From positions 3,968,001 through 4,032,000 of the forward strand of contig OZ024755.1 of NCBI GenBank assembly GCA_964016885.1: a DNA stretch of 64,000 nucleotides, read 5' to 3'. Of this stretch, positions 26,694 through 41,482 are shown piece by piece. Position 1 is the first letter of the stretch. Every line of letters starts with the position of its first letter. Below the pieces are notes generated by a model, which saw only the letters and a list, made by a program, of their open reading frames with translations, was not told the origin of the DNA and did not search any database. Made by a program: the position numbers and the translations under genes. The stretch is from Eledone cirrhosa. Lineage: Eukaryota.

Positions 26694-27310
26694 TAATTGT
26701 TTCTACTTTTGGCACAAGGCCTGCAATTATACCAGTGTATTACTGGTACTTTATTTTATCGACCCCGTAAGGATGAAAGGCAAAGTTAACCTCGGCGGGA
26801 TTTGAACTCAGAATGGCAAGGGCCGTAACACTATGCGTCAAAGCATGGCATCCGACCCTCTACCGATACTGCCAATCCACCGCCTTTGTTGGTGTAGAAA
26901 TAATTGTTTCTACTTTAGGCACAAGGCCAGCAAATACCCAGTGCATTACTGGTACTTTATTTTATCGACCCCGTAAGGATGAAGCACAAAGTTAACCTCG
27001 GCGGGATTTGAACTCAGACCGTAAAGGGCCGTAACTCCATGCTGCACAGCATTGCGTCCGACCCTCTACCGATATTGCCAATCTTACGTAATGAAAGCTA
27101 TAACCATTTTCACAAGAGAAGACATCTCTCCCCGTCGGACGGGGAGAGTTAACAGGTCTCCCAGTGCGTAACTGGTACTCTATTTTATCTGATGAAAGAC
27201 AAAACTAACCTCAGTGGGATTGGAATCCGGACGTAAAGGGTTGTAACTCTATGCCGCGAAACATGTTGTCCGACCCTCTACCGATTACTGCCCTTTCATC
27301 CACGGCCCTT
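26694..27310 (-). mobile_element. Two young tandem SINE family A copies plus one old long-form copy
   Basis: gttggtgtagaa(g/a)taat precedes both young copies. Confidence 0.88.
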
Positions 27311-27980
27311 TCATATCATTATAAAATAATGTAGTTTTCGTAACAAGTAACGCTAATTTAAAATCCATTTGCTGAATACAGCTAGAAGTGAAGAGGGGGC
27401 CATGGGGGGAGGGGGTATGGCTACAACAAGAATAGGGTCTCAGAGTTTCGCTTTTAAGTGGTTCAACTATTCACACAAACTAGTTATGTTTGTTTAGTTG
27501 TTGTTGTTGTTGTGTTGTCGTTTGTTGTTGCTGTTGTTTTATAGCCGAACCCTCAGTTTAATCTAATCTCTTCACTTTCTTCCCAAGCAGTATTTTTTCA
27601 GAAACAAAAAGTGGAATTCTAATTTAATAAACCAGAGAGAGAGAGGGGGGTGGAGAGAGGGGGGTGGAGAGAGAGGGGGTGGCGAGAGAGAGGGAGGGTG
27701 AGAGAGAGGGGTGGCGAGAGAGAGGGAGGGTGAGAGAGAGAATGAGATAGTAAGACGGGAAAATAGTTTTTTTTCTTTAACAAATGAAAGTAGAAGGGAT
27801 TCAGGCTCCAGTGCATTTCAAGATAAGATGTTTGAGTATAACAACATATTTTCAAATGGAGATTGGTGTGCACATGTGTACTAAATTGTGACTCCGTGCA
27901 TGTTTGCATGTGCGCATGTACATATGTGTGTGTGCACGCATGCGTGTGTATGGGTCGAATCTTTTACGAAGTTGAATAAA

Positions 27981-28012
<32 letters not shown>

Positions 28013-28156
28013 CGAGTGTTGGCTGAGAAGTTCATAGGCTAACTATGAAGTAGAAGAAATTCCTCAAAATGACCGAGCTGACGAAGCAGCCTCCTAAAGC
28101 TAGAAATAGCAGCCAAATTCTCTCATTTTAGAGACTCTGCCACCTTATAAAAGACG

Positions 28157-28492
28157 TACGAAGGTCGACAGAAAGGTTCATAGGCTCAATATGAAGGAGC
28201 GATGCTAGAGCTGTGAAATCTTGCATACATTAATTTCAACTGTTCTTTTTAATAACTGCATTGTTTCTTTCCGAGGACTATGTTGATAAAATAAAGCTCA
28301 CGTGGTCATTCCATGAGAGTATCTTGGGCATAGGCTGTCTATGAAAGAATGATGCTAGAGCATTAGTTTCAACTCTTCTTATTAATAACTGCATTGTTTC
28401 TTTCCGGGGACTATGTTGATAAAATAAACCCCATTCGGTCATTCCATGATAGTATCTTGGTCAGCCTATAAACTTTTCAGTCGGCCCTCATA
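28157..28492. mobile_element. Mariner-like MITE with internal duplication
   Basis: TIRs tacgaaggtcgacagaaaggttcataggct / agcctataaacttttcagtcggccctcata; extra terminus at 28011-28050. Confidence 0.78.
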
Positions 28493-28507
28493 CATATTGG
28501 ATTATGA

Positions 28508-28706
28508 AGGTGCGTGGTCTTGGCTAGAGAATTGGATTCGCTATTGTGAAGTTGCGAGTTCGATACCCGGACCGGGCGATGCGTCATATCCTTGAACAAG
28601 ACACCTTATTTCTCGTTGCTCTTTCTGCCAGGAGTTGTAACCAGTAGATAGTATCGGCAATTAGAATGACCAATGGAAACATTGTTTCTTTGGTCTGATT
28701 TGACGA
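28508..28706 (+). mobile_element. SINE family B variant (tRNA head, ccttgaacaagacac core, distinct 3' end)
   Basis: Homologous over its full length to 47656-47850. Confidence 0.75.
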
Positions 28707-28964
28707 GTTCCACCCCACTCGTTAACTGAATGGGGTCTGGGGAATTCCTGTCTTAGATTTACAAAAAGGGCGGTGATAAGATAATCAGAACAGAAACCTC
28801 TTTGATCGGGAATCACCTGTGACTCAACAACAACAACAACAACACTCAATGTAAATTCAAGCGTTAAATTAATATATTTCTTCCATGTACTGTACCGTTT
28901 GTTTTGTTATTTCCTTATTTCTGTTATTTCCTTATTTGTTTTGTATTTTCCTTTTGTGTTTTCC

Positions 28965-29222
28965 TTTTACATAAATATATTATACTTTAATTTTTACATA
29001 AATATATTATACTTTAATTTTACATAAATATATTATACTTAAATTTTATATAAATATATTATACTTAAATTTTATATAAATATATTATACTTAAATTTTA
29101 TATAAATATATTATACTTTAATTTAACATAAATATATTATACTTTAATTTAACATAAATATATTATACTTTAATTTTACATAAATATATTATACTTTAAT
29201 TTTATATAAATATATTATACTT
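28965..29222. repeat. 26-27-bp AT-rich minisatellite, about 10 copies
   Basis: Unit ttttacataaatatattatactttaa. Confidence 0.92.
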
Positions 29223-29570
29223 TTCTATGTTTTGCCATCATCCACAACCAGTGTAAATAAAATCACAATTTATAAATAGCCAGGAATGATATTGGAGTTT
29301 CTCTAGCGACTATGGTAAAGTGTAATCTGAAAAATGTGGCAATTACAGATAATTTTACACGTGTTTCGATAAGAACGTTCCACTTCTTTCACGTCATTAC
29401 AATTTCCCAAACTCTTGAAGAGATGGCTGGAGAGTCTGATAAACGATGTCGTGGAGTTAAGGATATATCTATCTAAATAAAAGGGCTACACATTTATTTG
29501 TAGGATCTCCATACTTTGTGATTCATTATTTGTATAGGATAAGATGTACAAGTAGTATTTGCTTTCTCTA

Positions 29571-29660
29571 TACACAGGGGGTCCCACAAAAAAATGTATA
29601 CACACTTCAACAGCGTTCTAATAAATATGTGTATACATTTTGGGGAGGACACACTATATA
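29571..29660. mobile_element. Very short Tc1/mariner-like MITE
   Basis: cagggggtcccacaaaaaaatgtatacac / gtgtatacattttggggaggacacacta inverted ends, TA flanks. Confidence 0.6.
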
Positions 29661-29949
29661 TTGGAAGTTCCACCTTAGTTCTTTGCCTTTCACGGACCCG
29701 GGGTCGATAAAATAAATACTAGTTATTATTGTTGATGTTTAGCACCAAGTGATAGATGTGTTTATCTTCTGAGGAATAGAAAATAACCCTTAAATAATCC
29801 CCACCCCCACCACCGCCTTTTCTTTATCAAATATTATAATTAAAATAAAGTACCAGTAATGCACTGGGGTCGATTTAATCGACTTTCTCCTCCCCCAAAA
29901 CTGTTGGTTTTATGCCTAAATCAGAATAGAAACCATTGCTAATACTTTG

Positions 29950-30232
29950 CTCCTCCTCCTCCTCCTCCTCCTCCTCAGCACCAGCATCACCACCACCACC
30001 ATCACAGCATCACCACCACCACCAACACCAGCATCACCACCAGCATCACCACCACCACCACCAACACCAACAACAACACCACCACCACCATCACAGCATC
30101 ACCACCACCACCAACACCAGCATCACCACCATCACCACCACCACCACCACCACCACCACCACCAACACCAACAACAACACCACCACCACCAGCATCACCA
30201 CAATCACCAGCACCAGTACCATCATCATCATC
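29950..30232. repeat. TCC/CAC/CAA triplet low-complexity tract
   Basis: Direct observation. Confidence 0.9.
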
Positions 30233-30333
30233 TGTAGCAGCAATGCTGTCACGTCGCCGAAGACGTTGTCTTTTAGTTCCTTTTATAGTTATATTTTCAG
30301 CAACAATATCTGTTAATACCTACCAAACATTTG

Positions 30334-30386
<53 letters not shown>

Positions 30387-30789
30387 CCTAACCCCAGCCC
30401 TCCACCCCACCCCTCTAATACTATATTTGGACTGGAAGATATTGAGTGTGAGAGGTGCCAACCTATAGCTCGCGTAGTAAAAGAAATATGCATTTGTTGA
30501 TGATGGTTCTCATTGCTAGAATTCTTATTCCATAAACACCATTACTGCCACGACGTAGCAAACTATACATTTTTCACAGCGAAGGTTCCACGTTGCAGCC
30601 ATAAAGAAGCATAAATCAATTTGGGAGTTTATGGATGTACATAAAATAGAATTTATTGCTACAAGAAGGAAATTAATAATAATTTAGGAATAATAAAAAC
30701 AACTTCGCTGTAAAAACTGAGAGATAATACCGTATTACAACTGGAGGTGTGAGCTAAAGTACTCTCCGTGGTAATAACACAGGCAGGCG

Positions 30790-31127
30790 TACACATACAC
30801 GTATATACACACACACGTACATACACACACACGTACATACACACACACACACGTACACACATACACACGCATACGTATAAACACACACGTACAAACACAC
30901 ACGTACATACACACACACACGTACAACACACATACACACATATGTACACACACACGCGTACAAACACACACGTACATACACAGACGTAGACACACACACA
31001 CACACAGTCAAATACAGATATATATATATATTATGTTTGTATATGTGCATATATATATATGTGCATATATATATATGTGTGTATATATATATGTGTGTAT
31101 ATATATATGTGTATATATATATATATA

Positions 31128-31168
<41 letters not shown>

Positions 31169-31510
31169 ATGTATATATATATGTGTGTATGTATATATAT
31201 ATGTGTGTATGTATATATATATATGTGTATGTATGTATATATATGTGTGTATGTATGTATATATATATATATGTGTGTATGTATATATATATATGTGTGT
31301 ATGTATATATATATATGTGTGTATGTATATATATATGTGTGTGTATATATATATATATGTGTGTGTGTATATGTGTGTGTGTATATGTGTGTGTGTATAT
31401 ATGTGTGTGTGTGTGTGTGTATATGTGTGTGTATATATATATGTATGTATATATGTATATATATATATACATATACGTATAGATACACACACATATATAT
31501 ATATACATAA
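30790..31510. repeat. Compound CA/TA/TG microsatellite block
   Basis: Direct observation. Confidence 0.9.
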
Positions 31511-31742
31511 ATCTAAAAATATATATGTTTATATATACATGTATGTGTGGTTTAGTGTGTGTTTATGTGTGTGTATGAGTGTGTATTTGTGTAATTTGAT
31601 TTATTACAGGTACATATACATAAAACTCCTATCCTCAAAAAGTTCACTGACACACACAGAGGTCTGTTACATTCAGATGCACAATTGCATTAAGACACAC
31701 ATATATACATACACACTTACACAGATTTCTATGCAAACACCC

Positions 31743-31837
<95 letters not shown>

Positions 31838-31919
31838 CACGTACATATACACACTCACACAGATTTATATGCAAACACCCGCATATATATACATATACAC
31901 ACACACACACAGAGTTGTA

Positions 31920-31954
<35 letters not shown>

Positions 31955-32339
31955 ATATATCTATGTATGTGTATATATTTATGTATGTGCATGTATGTAT
32001 GTATATATATATATATATATATGCAGGTATTTAACTGACAGTTTGGTGAGTCTCAGTTGGAAGCCAGTTCTGTCCATTTACATTACTAATGGAATTAGTT
32101 ATGGTTCTAAAGGTTATTTCCCTCTCACCTCCCCCACCTCACTACCACCAGCTCACATCAAAGTAAAGAGGATCTATCAGCTATTAAGGGATATTTCCAT
32201 ATTCCTGAATACAAATAACCAAACCAAAACACAATTCCTTTGTAAAAACAACCCTGAACACAATCGTGTTTTTTTTATATCTGAGAAATTTTAGGTGTGG
32301 CCTACAGGTAATTGAATTTATCTCTCGTTCGACGTAAAA

Positions 32340-32586
32340 TCTACAGGCTAGACATAACCCCGCGGAAGTTCCTGTGGCATACCCAGCACCAGGTGGCTGG
32401 ATGTCATCAAGGAAGATGTACAAGAGGCTCGACGTCCCCTTCATGGATGCTGAGGGGCTGGCATGGCACAGGACTGCCAGCGATGGAAGATACTGATGGA
32501 TCTGGTCAGCTCTACACATGATGTCCCTGGGATCACTGACCTCGGATGTCTCCAGTTTCGTCGTACAAGAGCAAAAAGAAGAAGAT
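32340..32586 (+). mobile_element. RTE-clade LINE 3' fragment
   Basis: Frameshifted PSTRWLDVIKED...AQDCQRWKILM resembles the RTE 'RW.D.I..D...AQDR..W' C-terminus; ends in (AAG)n. Confidence 0.65.
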
Positions 32587-32619
32587 ATGACTGGTACATT
32601 TCTGGTCGACAAAGAAGAA

Positions 32620-32808
32620 ATAATTGTTTCTACTTTTTGGTATAAGGTCAGCAATTACCCCAGTGCATTACTGGTACTTTATTTTATCGACCCCGTAAGG
32701 ATGAAGGGCAAAGTTAACCTCGGCGAGATTTGAACTCAGAATGGCAAGGGCCGTAACTCTATGCGTCAAAGCATGGCATCCGACCCTCTACCCATACTGC
32801 CAATCCAC
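32620..32808 (-). mobile_element. SINE family A
   Basis: Head, core and tail; atggcaagggcc variant. Confidence 0.9.
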
Positions 32809-33076
32809 AATGGACAAAGGCGATATCTCAGTTATTGTTATAAATTTATAAATTATCTTTATTGGTTTGCTGTGGTGGAAAGGGCTGCGTCCATGGGTCT
32901 TCAACGCCCTAAATAGATAATATTGATGCTGCTAATGTTCCAATAGAACTGTTTCAACTAGACAGGATATCATAATTTCCAGTCTTATACGTGGCTGGAT
33001 GTACAAATTCTAAAGAAAGTCAACTCGCTCGAAGTCCGTAGATTCATTACTACAAATCTAACATATAGTTACTTTG

Positions 33077-33107
33077 GTTACTGTAGCGACCCGCATATGC
33101 GCATGCG
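33077..33107. promoter_or_regulatory. X-box-like GTTACTGTAGCGAC next to NRF1-like TGCGCATGCG
   Basis: Two CpG-containing motifs 7 bp apart in unique AT-rich DNA. Confidence 0.3.
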
Positions 33108-34170
33108 TTTTGCAAACACATAGACCAGTTATGGAAGAAAACTCTGAAAACTCTGATCACTCGTTTGTTTTGTCTTGAACTGGTTAATCTTCGCATCTGA
33201 AAAGAGAGAATTAGCCCCGAAATATCATGTTAAATATACTGGGTAAAACATCTTGCTTTGTTTCATTTGCCATCATTTGATTTTCGTATTTTTCTACCAC
33301 ATTGTACCGGCTTTAGAAAACATTTAACGGTCTTTTACAACAAATCTCTATATATTTTTTAAGAAGTATATTTCATATTATTATCGTTTTCCTAGTTTCA
33401 GGTATTCGACTGCGCCTACTGAGGAACAATGCTTCCAAATGTTTAGTGGGTCATTTCTATCCTAGTATGTATGATATGTATGCCTTGTAGTCAATTCATC
33501 GATCTATATCTATCAAACCGCTGAGTTTCGGTTTAGACACAAAGGAACACAACTCTGCTTTCATTTAATTAATTTACTCCGACAGTATAGAATCGCAGTC
33601 TCTAGATTTTTGGCGATTGGAAAATTTGAGTCATGTGCTATGTACTAAGAAAGTAGCCATGAATACTACAATGTCCTGCCGCTTACACCAACAATATATA
33701 ACAATATATAATTCATATCGTGGTAGATATATCAACAAATGGCCTGACCCTTAGTGAACTAGACTTTTGAAAAGGAAGGACTTTACCAGATACAACATTC
33801 AGAGCAAGAAATCAGGTCACAAACTATAGAGAAATCCAACAATTGACTTTATGATATTAACTCACCTAACTCTTCTTTGTTATGTGATATGCCTGAAGGT
33901 TCATTCTACCTTAATATGCTATATACATATAATTCGATCATTGTATTTCTTGAATAATACATGTATAGCGAATGCTACACAATCTGATCATTGTAATGTT
34001 AATGACAATGGACTAACAAAACAAACCTAGCATCTATTAATATTTAGTTGTATTTTTATATTTTATGGTTTTAAATCTTACCAATAGCTCTTGCCTTTAA
34101 TTTTTTTGTTCTTACTTTTAGATCGATAAAAAAGTATCAGTAAGATAATGGAGTAGATAAATCGATAACA

Positions 34171-34474
34171 CAGTGGAACCTCGGCTCACGAATACTTTTT
34201 CCGAACATAAAACGTCTCGGTTCACGAACAATGTCTCGAGTAGCGAATACGCAAGCCGGTGACCATGGTTTGGCAACAAGTTTGGAGTTTCTACGGAAAA
34301 GCCTCACTTGCTGTGTAGTTAGTTACTATAATGATATCTATCTGTTGTTAACACAGTCTCTCTCTCTCTCTCTCTCTCAAAATTTCGTATGGGAAAAATA
34401 ATTTCGATTTAAGAACATTTCGAGCGACGAACAGCTTTCAGGAACGAATTAATTCGTGAACCAATGTTCCACTG
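34171..34474. mobile_element. pogo/Tigger-like MITE
   Basis: cagtggaacctcggctcacgaa / ttcgtgaaccaatgttccactg TIRs; right flank TA. Confidence 0.75.
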
Positions 34475-34959
34475 TATTTTCTGATAATATCTGACTTTCT
34501 GTTTAATCCTAGGAAATCATTATCGTGTGACAATTTACAGGTTACATTATAGTATAACTAATACATGTTACTATATTGTGTAATAGAATGTTCTGTAATC
34601 CACAATTAGAGATAATATCACACAGGACTATATTACAGTCTAAACCAATGATGGATAGGATGTAATATCGATGCAGTAACATTAGCTGGCATGAAATGAA
34701 TATTCGATGTGTCTGTTTTTCAATAAATATTGATTTTGCTTTGACCCAGACGACGTTTGAATGCTGCCAATAATATTTATCACAGTATGTGGTCAGTATT
34801 ATCAACAAAACTAGTTTTTCCGGCATTTTGTTTTAGTTGGTACGAAACTGTCAGCCAGATTAACGAAGACAAAATAACATTATTAATAAATTAAAAAGTA
34901 ATTGCAGAAACAATTAGATAAAATAAATGTAAATAAAAATGTGGTGATATAATTCATTT

Positions 34960-35480
34960 TATGCTAAACAAATCTACATTTATATTTATTCCATGTATGT
35001 TAAACAAATCCACATTTATATTTATGGATACATGTATGTTAAACAAATCCACATGTATTTTTATGCAATGTGTGTATGTATGTTAAACAAATCTCTATAT
35101 TTATACAATATATGTATGCTGAACAAATCCACATTTATATGTATGCAATGTATGTATACTATGTATGCCGAACAAATCTATTTATATTTATGCAATGTAT
35201 GCATGTATGTTAAACAAATCTCTATTAATATTTATGCAATGTATGCATGTATGTTAAACAAATCTCTATTAATATTTATGCAATGTATGCATGTATGTTA
35301 AACAAATCTTTATTTATATTTATGCAATATATGCATGCTGAACAAATCCACATTGATATGTATGCCGAATAAATCTATTTATGCAATGTATGCATGCATG
35401 TTAAACAAATCTCTATTAATATTTATGCAATATATGTATGCTGAACAAATTCCCATATATTTTTGTGCAATGTATGTATG
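34960..35480. repeat. Degenerate 40-44-bp minisatellite
   Basis: tttatgcaatgtatgcatgtatgttaaacaaatc repeated about 12 times. Confidence 0.88.
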
Positions 35481-35852
35481 TTTTCGCTATCTTCAACCTA
35501 TTTCATTATTACGATAGTAAAGATAATCGCAATAATAAAACACTGTACTCAATTGATTCTTGTATTTACTTTAGCCGTTCTAAATCCCAATTCAAATCAT
35601 GTTAGTATTTGCCTTATATTCATTTCTCTGGTGTCTATAAAACAGGCGCCAATATACTGTATAATTGGTCTTACTCAAAAGAAACCATGTTTTTGCTCGG
35701 CCTCTGCAGTATTCTTACAAACGTTGTCTCTGAATATGAACATCATATCTGCTGTTCAGAATAAATAAGAATATTTATTTGTTCTTAACAATAAGATTAA
35801 TTTCCAACACGATTTATGTTATGCAGTTATCTTTCGGTATGCATTTTCTGCT

Positions 35853-35985
35853 ATATATATATATATATATATATATAATGTGTGTGTGTGGGTGAGTGTG
35901 TGTGTGTGTAAAAGGTAAACATAAATAACAACAATAATATATATATATATATATAGTTCGAAATAACAAAAAACAAACAAACGCA

Positions 35986-36032
<47 letters not shown>

Positions 36033-36079
36033 GTGTGGGTGTGGGTGAGTGTGTGTGTGTGTAAAAGGTAAACATAAAT

Positions 36080-36110
<31 letters not shown>

Positions 36111-36163
36111 GTTCGAAATAACAAAAAACAAACAAACGCAGGATATATATATATATATATATT
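35853..36163. repeat. Tandem duplication of an about 150-bp TA-bounded unit
   Basis: gggtgagtgtg...aaaaggtaaacataaataacaacaat...gttcgaaataacaaaaaacaaacaaacgcagga twice. Confidence 0.88.
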
Positions 36164-36279
36164 GTGGGTAAGTGTTGAAAGCATAGTAGAAATTCCATAG
36201 TAATAAAACTCACCACCTGGCCATAAAAAGAATATTTAAACTCTACTTCGGTATTGAGAACTTATTCTTACGTCCGGCA

Positions 36280-36317
<38 letters not shown>

Positions 36318-36332
36318 ACGCACGCACGCACG

Positions 36333-36377
<45 letters not shown>

Positions 36378-36853
36378 AGAGATATATATATGTATGTATA
36401 TATACTTTCTTTATTCAAACAGCTGCCTTCTTTTCGAGATTGGCGACTGAATACATCTAGTGTGAAAGGTAACGATAGAAACTGGTTATATTGTTCAATT
36501 GTTAGTCTCAGTTTGAAGGCGGGTAATTTGAGTTCACTGTTTGTAGATTATTTCAAAGACTTGTTTGTTTCCTTGTGAATAAGAACTATGGTGCTATAGT
36601 AACCATTCCTGACATTTCAACAATAATATATTCCGATTTTCTTTGAACATTTAAAAGTGTCGACAACCATTCGCAGCTACAAGCTCATTAAATCTGAAGA
36701 GAAAACCGCAGTGAAGTTAAATATGTAATGATATATATGTAACACTCGTTAAACCTGGAGAGAGAAATCTACAGCGAAGTTAAACATATTATAATATACG
36801 CTTAAAACATTAAATCTGAAGAGAAAAGCACGATGAAATTAGATATAAAATAT

Positions 36854-36884
36854 ACTAGCAGCGATACTCGGTGTTGCCCGGGTA
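36854..36884 (-). mobile_element. Helitron-like 3' terminus
   Basis: Minus strand tacccgggcaacaccgagta hairpin, then tcgctg-CTAG followed by T. Confidence 0.6.
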
Positions 36885-37581
36885 CAGAATATGTAGAATT
36901 CTTTATATGTAGTTATGAATACCGCCCTTTTTCTTGCCAGTAAACCATAAAATTAGAAAAAAAAGAAACAAGACTAATTTAAGCATGTTCTAATCAAAGT
37001 ATAAAAGGAATCTTCGTAGGACATAACTCTGTGACAGGTAACTATTCCAGAAGTTTGATGCCAGTCCTAAGATACACTCTGTTATGTATTGTTTAATACT
37101 TGATATCTGATTCACGTAAAAGCTGTGAGGGTTGAAACAGGGACTACTTATAGCAATTAGTATGGCCTATATATAGTATGGCCTATATATATATATATAT
37201 ATAAGTATATATATAAGTATGTGTGCCTGTATGTGTGTGTCTATGTGTGTATGTCAGTTTCTCTATATCTGTCTGTTTCTACCGGTTTAAAAGCAACAAC
37301 AGCCACAACATCACTAGCAGCCAACGTAAGAACATCAGCAGTAACAACAACAACAACAGCAATAACAACAACAGCAACAATAACAAAAACAGAATTAATA
37401 GCCATCAAATTTTCTGGATTAATTTATGAGAAAAAAATTAGGGCTAAATATTCGTGCCAGATCGCAGGGGGTCTTTTAAAGCCCACTTCTAAAATACCAT
37501 AGAGGACTTTCTGGCTGTGGGTCGTGTGTGTGTATTGTGTGTTAATACGTGTGTGTTGTATTGTATTGTCTGTGTGTTTTA

Positions 37582-37625
<44 letters not shown>

Positions 37626-37720
37626 GTGCTCTACTGGCATACCGCATATGGAAGCATCCAAGCTACCCTACCACATATATATATGTGTGTGGTGTGAGTG
37701 TGTTGTGTGTGTGAGTGTGT

Positions 37721-37751
<31 letters not shown>

Positions 37752-37834
37752 GTGTGTCTGTGAGTGTGAGTGTTATATGTGTTGTTCTCAGTTATTTCTC
37801 ACTTATTCACAACTAGACAATCTTCTCAACATAT

Positions 37835-38508
37835 CTACCACCATCACCACCACCACCTCTAACCATCAGCACCACCACGAACACCACCACCTCTACCACC
37901 TCCACCTCTAACCACCACCACCACCACCACTACTACCACCACTACCACCACCACCACTACTACCACCTCTACCACCACCACCTCTAACCACCACCACCAC
38001 CACTACTACCACCACCACCACCACTACCACCACTTCTACCACCACCACCACCACCAACACCACCTCTAATCATCACCACCACCACCACCTCTACCACGTC
38101 TAACCACCACCACCACTACTACCACCATCACCACCACCACCACCACCACCTCTAACCATCACCACCACTTCTACCACCACCACCACCTCTACCACCTCCA
38201 CCTCTAACCACCCTACCACCACCAATACCACCACCACCACCTCTACCACCTCCACCTCTAACCACCACAACCACCACCACCACCTCTACCACCTCTAACC
38301 ACCACCACCACTACTACCACCATCACCACCACCACCACCTCTAACCACCACCACCACTACTACCACCATCACCACCACCACCACCTCTAACCATCACCAC
38401 CACTTCTACCACCACCACCACCTCTACCACCTCCACCTCTAACCACCACAACCACCACCACCACCACCATCACCACCACCTCTAACCACCACCACCACCA
38501 CCACCACT
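37835..38508. repeat. (ACC)n-derived tract with cacctctaac/cacctctacc subunits
   Basis: Direct observation. Confidence 0.9.
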
Positions 38509-38783
38509 ATTATCTCACGTTAGAATTACTTTCTCTCGCCATCTCCACTCCCCCTCCAACACTTCCACTTGCTATCAATCACACTAGTAACTCCCTGATT
38601 CACAAAAATTACCCATTTTTTTTTTTTGTTCACCCTCTTCCTGTTTGTGAAACGCCACTTAAAGACCCCTTCTCCCCCCTTCCTCTCCCCGCCACCCTCT
38701 CCCCGCCACCCTCTCCCCGCCACCCTCTCCACGCTACCATTCCTAATACTTTTTCATTCATACCCTTTCGCTACTTTTCTTTG

Positions 38784-38835
<52 letters not shown>

Positions 38836-38863
38836 TCTCACACACACATACACATATATATAA

Positions 38864-38908
<45 letters not shown>

Positions 38909-39020
38909 CACACATACATATGTATATCTATATATATATATATATCTAAATATATATATTCTCACACATACATATATATATGTGTGTATATGTGTGTGTT
39001 TGTGTCTATACTTATGTGAG

Positions 39021-39063
<43 letters not shown>

Positions 39064-39292
39064 ATGTATATAAGTGTGTGTGTGTATGAGTGTGTATATA
39101 TATATATGTGTGTGTGTATATATATATATATGCGTATGTATGTATGTGTGTGTCTGTTTAGTGGTAGTATTTCTTTCATTCAGTAATTTTACTTGTATTA
39201 CTTTCTTCCCGTTCTCCTTCATGCTCTTACATCCCCACCTCACCCCCTCATTTTACACACACTCACTTCCCCCTCTCTATACCTCTCACTAC

Positions 39293-40046
39293 CACTCTCT
39301 CTTCTCCAACACTTCTCTCTCTCTCTCTCTCAACACCTCACTCTCTCTCCAACACTTCTCTCTCTCTCTCTCTCAACCCCTCACTCTCTTCTCCAACACT
39401 TCTCTCTCTCTCTCTCTCTCTCAACCCCTCACTCTCTCTCCAACACTTCTCTCTCTCTCTCAACCCCTCACTCTCTCTCCAACACTTCTCTCTCTCTCTC
39501 TCAACCCCTCACTCTCTCTCCAACACTTCTCTCTCTCTCTCTCTCAACCCCTCACTCTCTCTCCAACACTTCTCTCTCTCTCTCTCAACCCCTCACTCTC
39601 TCTCCAACACTTCTCTCTCTCTCTCTCAACCCCTCACTCTCTTCTCCAACACTTCTCTCTCTCTCTCTCAACCCCTCACTCTCTCTCCAACACTTCTCTC
39701 TCTCTCTCTCAACCCCTCACTCTCTTCTCCAACACTTCTCTCTCTCTCTCTCAACCCCTCACTCTCTTCTCCAACACTTCTCTCTCTCTCTCTCTCAACC
39801 CCTCACTCTCTCTCCAACACTTCTCTCTCTCTCTCTCTCTCTCAACACCTCACTCTCTTCTCCAACACTTCTCTCTCTCTCTCTCTCTCAACCCCTCACT
39901 CTCTCTCCAACACTTCTCTCTCTCTCTCTCTCGCAACCCCTCACTCTCTTCTCCAACACTTCTCTCTCTCTCTCTCAACCCCTCACTCTCTCTCCAACAT
40001 TTCTCTCTCTCTCTCTCTCTCTCTCAACCCCTCACTCTCTTCTCCA
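39293..40046. repeat. Pyrimidine-rich minisatellite, about 41-50-bp unit with variable (CT)n, about 17 copies
   Basis: ccaacactt(ct)ncaacccctcactctct. Confidence 0.93.
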
Positions 40047-40446
40047 TCACTTCTCAATCTTTCACTCACACTCCCTCACTCCTTCCCCATCTGTATCTCA
40101 CTTTCTCCCTCCCTCCCTCCCTCTCTCTCTATCTCCCTCTCTCTCTATCTCTCCATCTCTCTCTATTCCTCTCCCTCTCTCACTCCCTCTATCTCTCCCT
40201 CTCCCCCTTTCTATCTCTTCCTCTCCCTTTCTATCTCTTCCTCTCTCTCTCTATCTCTTCCTCTCTCCCTTTCTATCTCTTCCTCTCTCCCTCTCTATCG
40301 CTCCCTCTCCCTCCCTCTCAGTACCTCACCACCACCTCACACTATACCTCCTAACAACCTCTACAGTCTTCTTGTCTGCTTTTTTCGCCTTCTTTTGGAT
40401 TTGATTTTTTTTTAATTTCTTTACTAATATCACTTACAAAGTTAGC

Positions 40447-40561
<115 letters not shown>

Positions 40562-41098
40562 GTATGTGTAATATGTATGTATGTATATGGTATGTGTGTA
40601 TACAAGTATGTATGTATGTATGTATATGGTATGTGTATACAAGTATGTATGTATATGGTATGTGTATACAAGTATGTATGTATATGGTATGTGTGTATGT
40701 GTATACAAGTATGTATGTATGTATATGTGTATACATACATGTATGTATGTATATGGTATGTGTATATGGGTATAATGTGTTTCTATCAGGGTGTTTGGGA
40801 AATTGCAGCACCCATGAACCCTATATATTTTCACGGTCTCCCTGTCAGTGGCGGGGAAAGGGGACAAGTTATTCTTAAACCTGATGCATAACCCTAATAC
40901 TTGCAACAAACTGAACTTTGTTAAAGGCTCTCAGGTACAAACAGACTGGTTTTAAACCGGAATGGTTTTAAACCGGCAACCATTTAAGTTTATAACATTC
41001 ACTGAGAATGTAGGGATCCGAAATGGATACCACAAGGCATTTGCCTAAAACTCACAAAACTCTATTTACCGTTGATACAGATGCATACATACAGACAT

Positions 41099-41130
<32 letters not shown>

Positions 41131-41330
41131 AATTAATAAAAATAATGAATAAAAACAAAGAAACAGTTCCTTATATTAAAAAATTCATCATTTTTTTACG
41201 ATCGTTTCTAGGATATATATGTGTGTGTTGGTATGTATATCATATAGATCTATGTAGTTTTACAAACTATCAGAGGGAATATACATACCTACACATATAT
41301 ATGCTGTCTTCAGAAATAATCTATCCTTAA

Positions 41331-41401
<71 letters not shown>

Positions 41402-41482
41402 CTTAAGGTAAATATTGATGCAATTCAATTCAAGCACTCAACGTACTTTTTCCACATAGGAGTAACGGAGTATATAACGGAG

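Noticed and set aside
29410-29452. Hammerhead-like strings here and at about 33419, 50555 and 60088
   Set aside because: Core or stems too incomplete to distinguish from chance
29936-30316. Poly-His / poly-Thr ORFs
   Set aside because: CAC/CAA triplet tract open in several frames
37835-38508. Telomere-like repeat (ctctaacc)
   Set aside because: No tandem CCCTAA; it is an ACC-derived low-complexity tract
39074-40404. 426-aa and 403-aa Leu/Ser ORFs
   Set aside because: Pyrimidine minisatellite lacking stops
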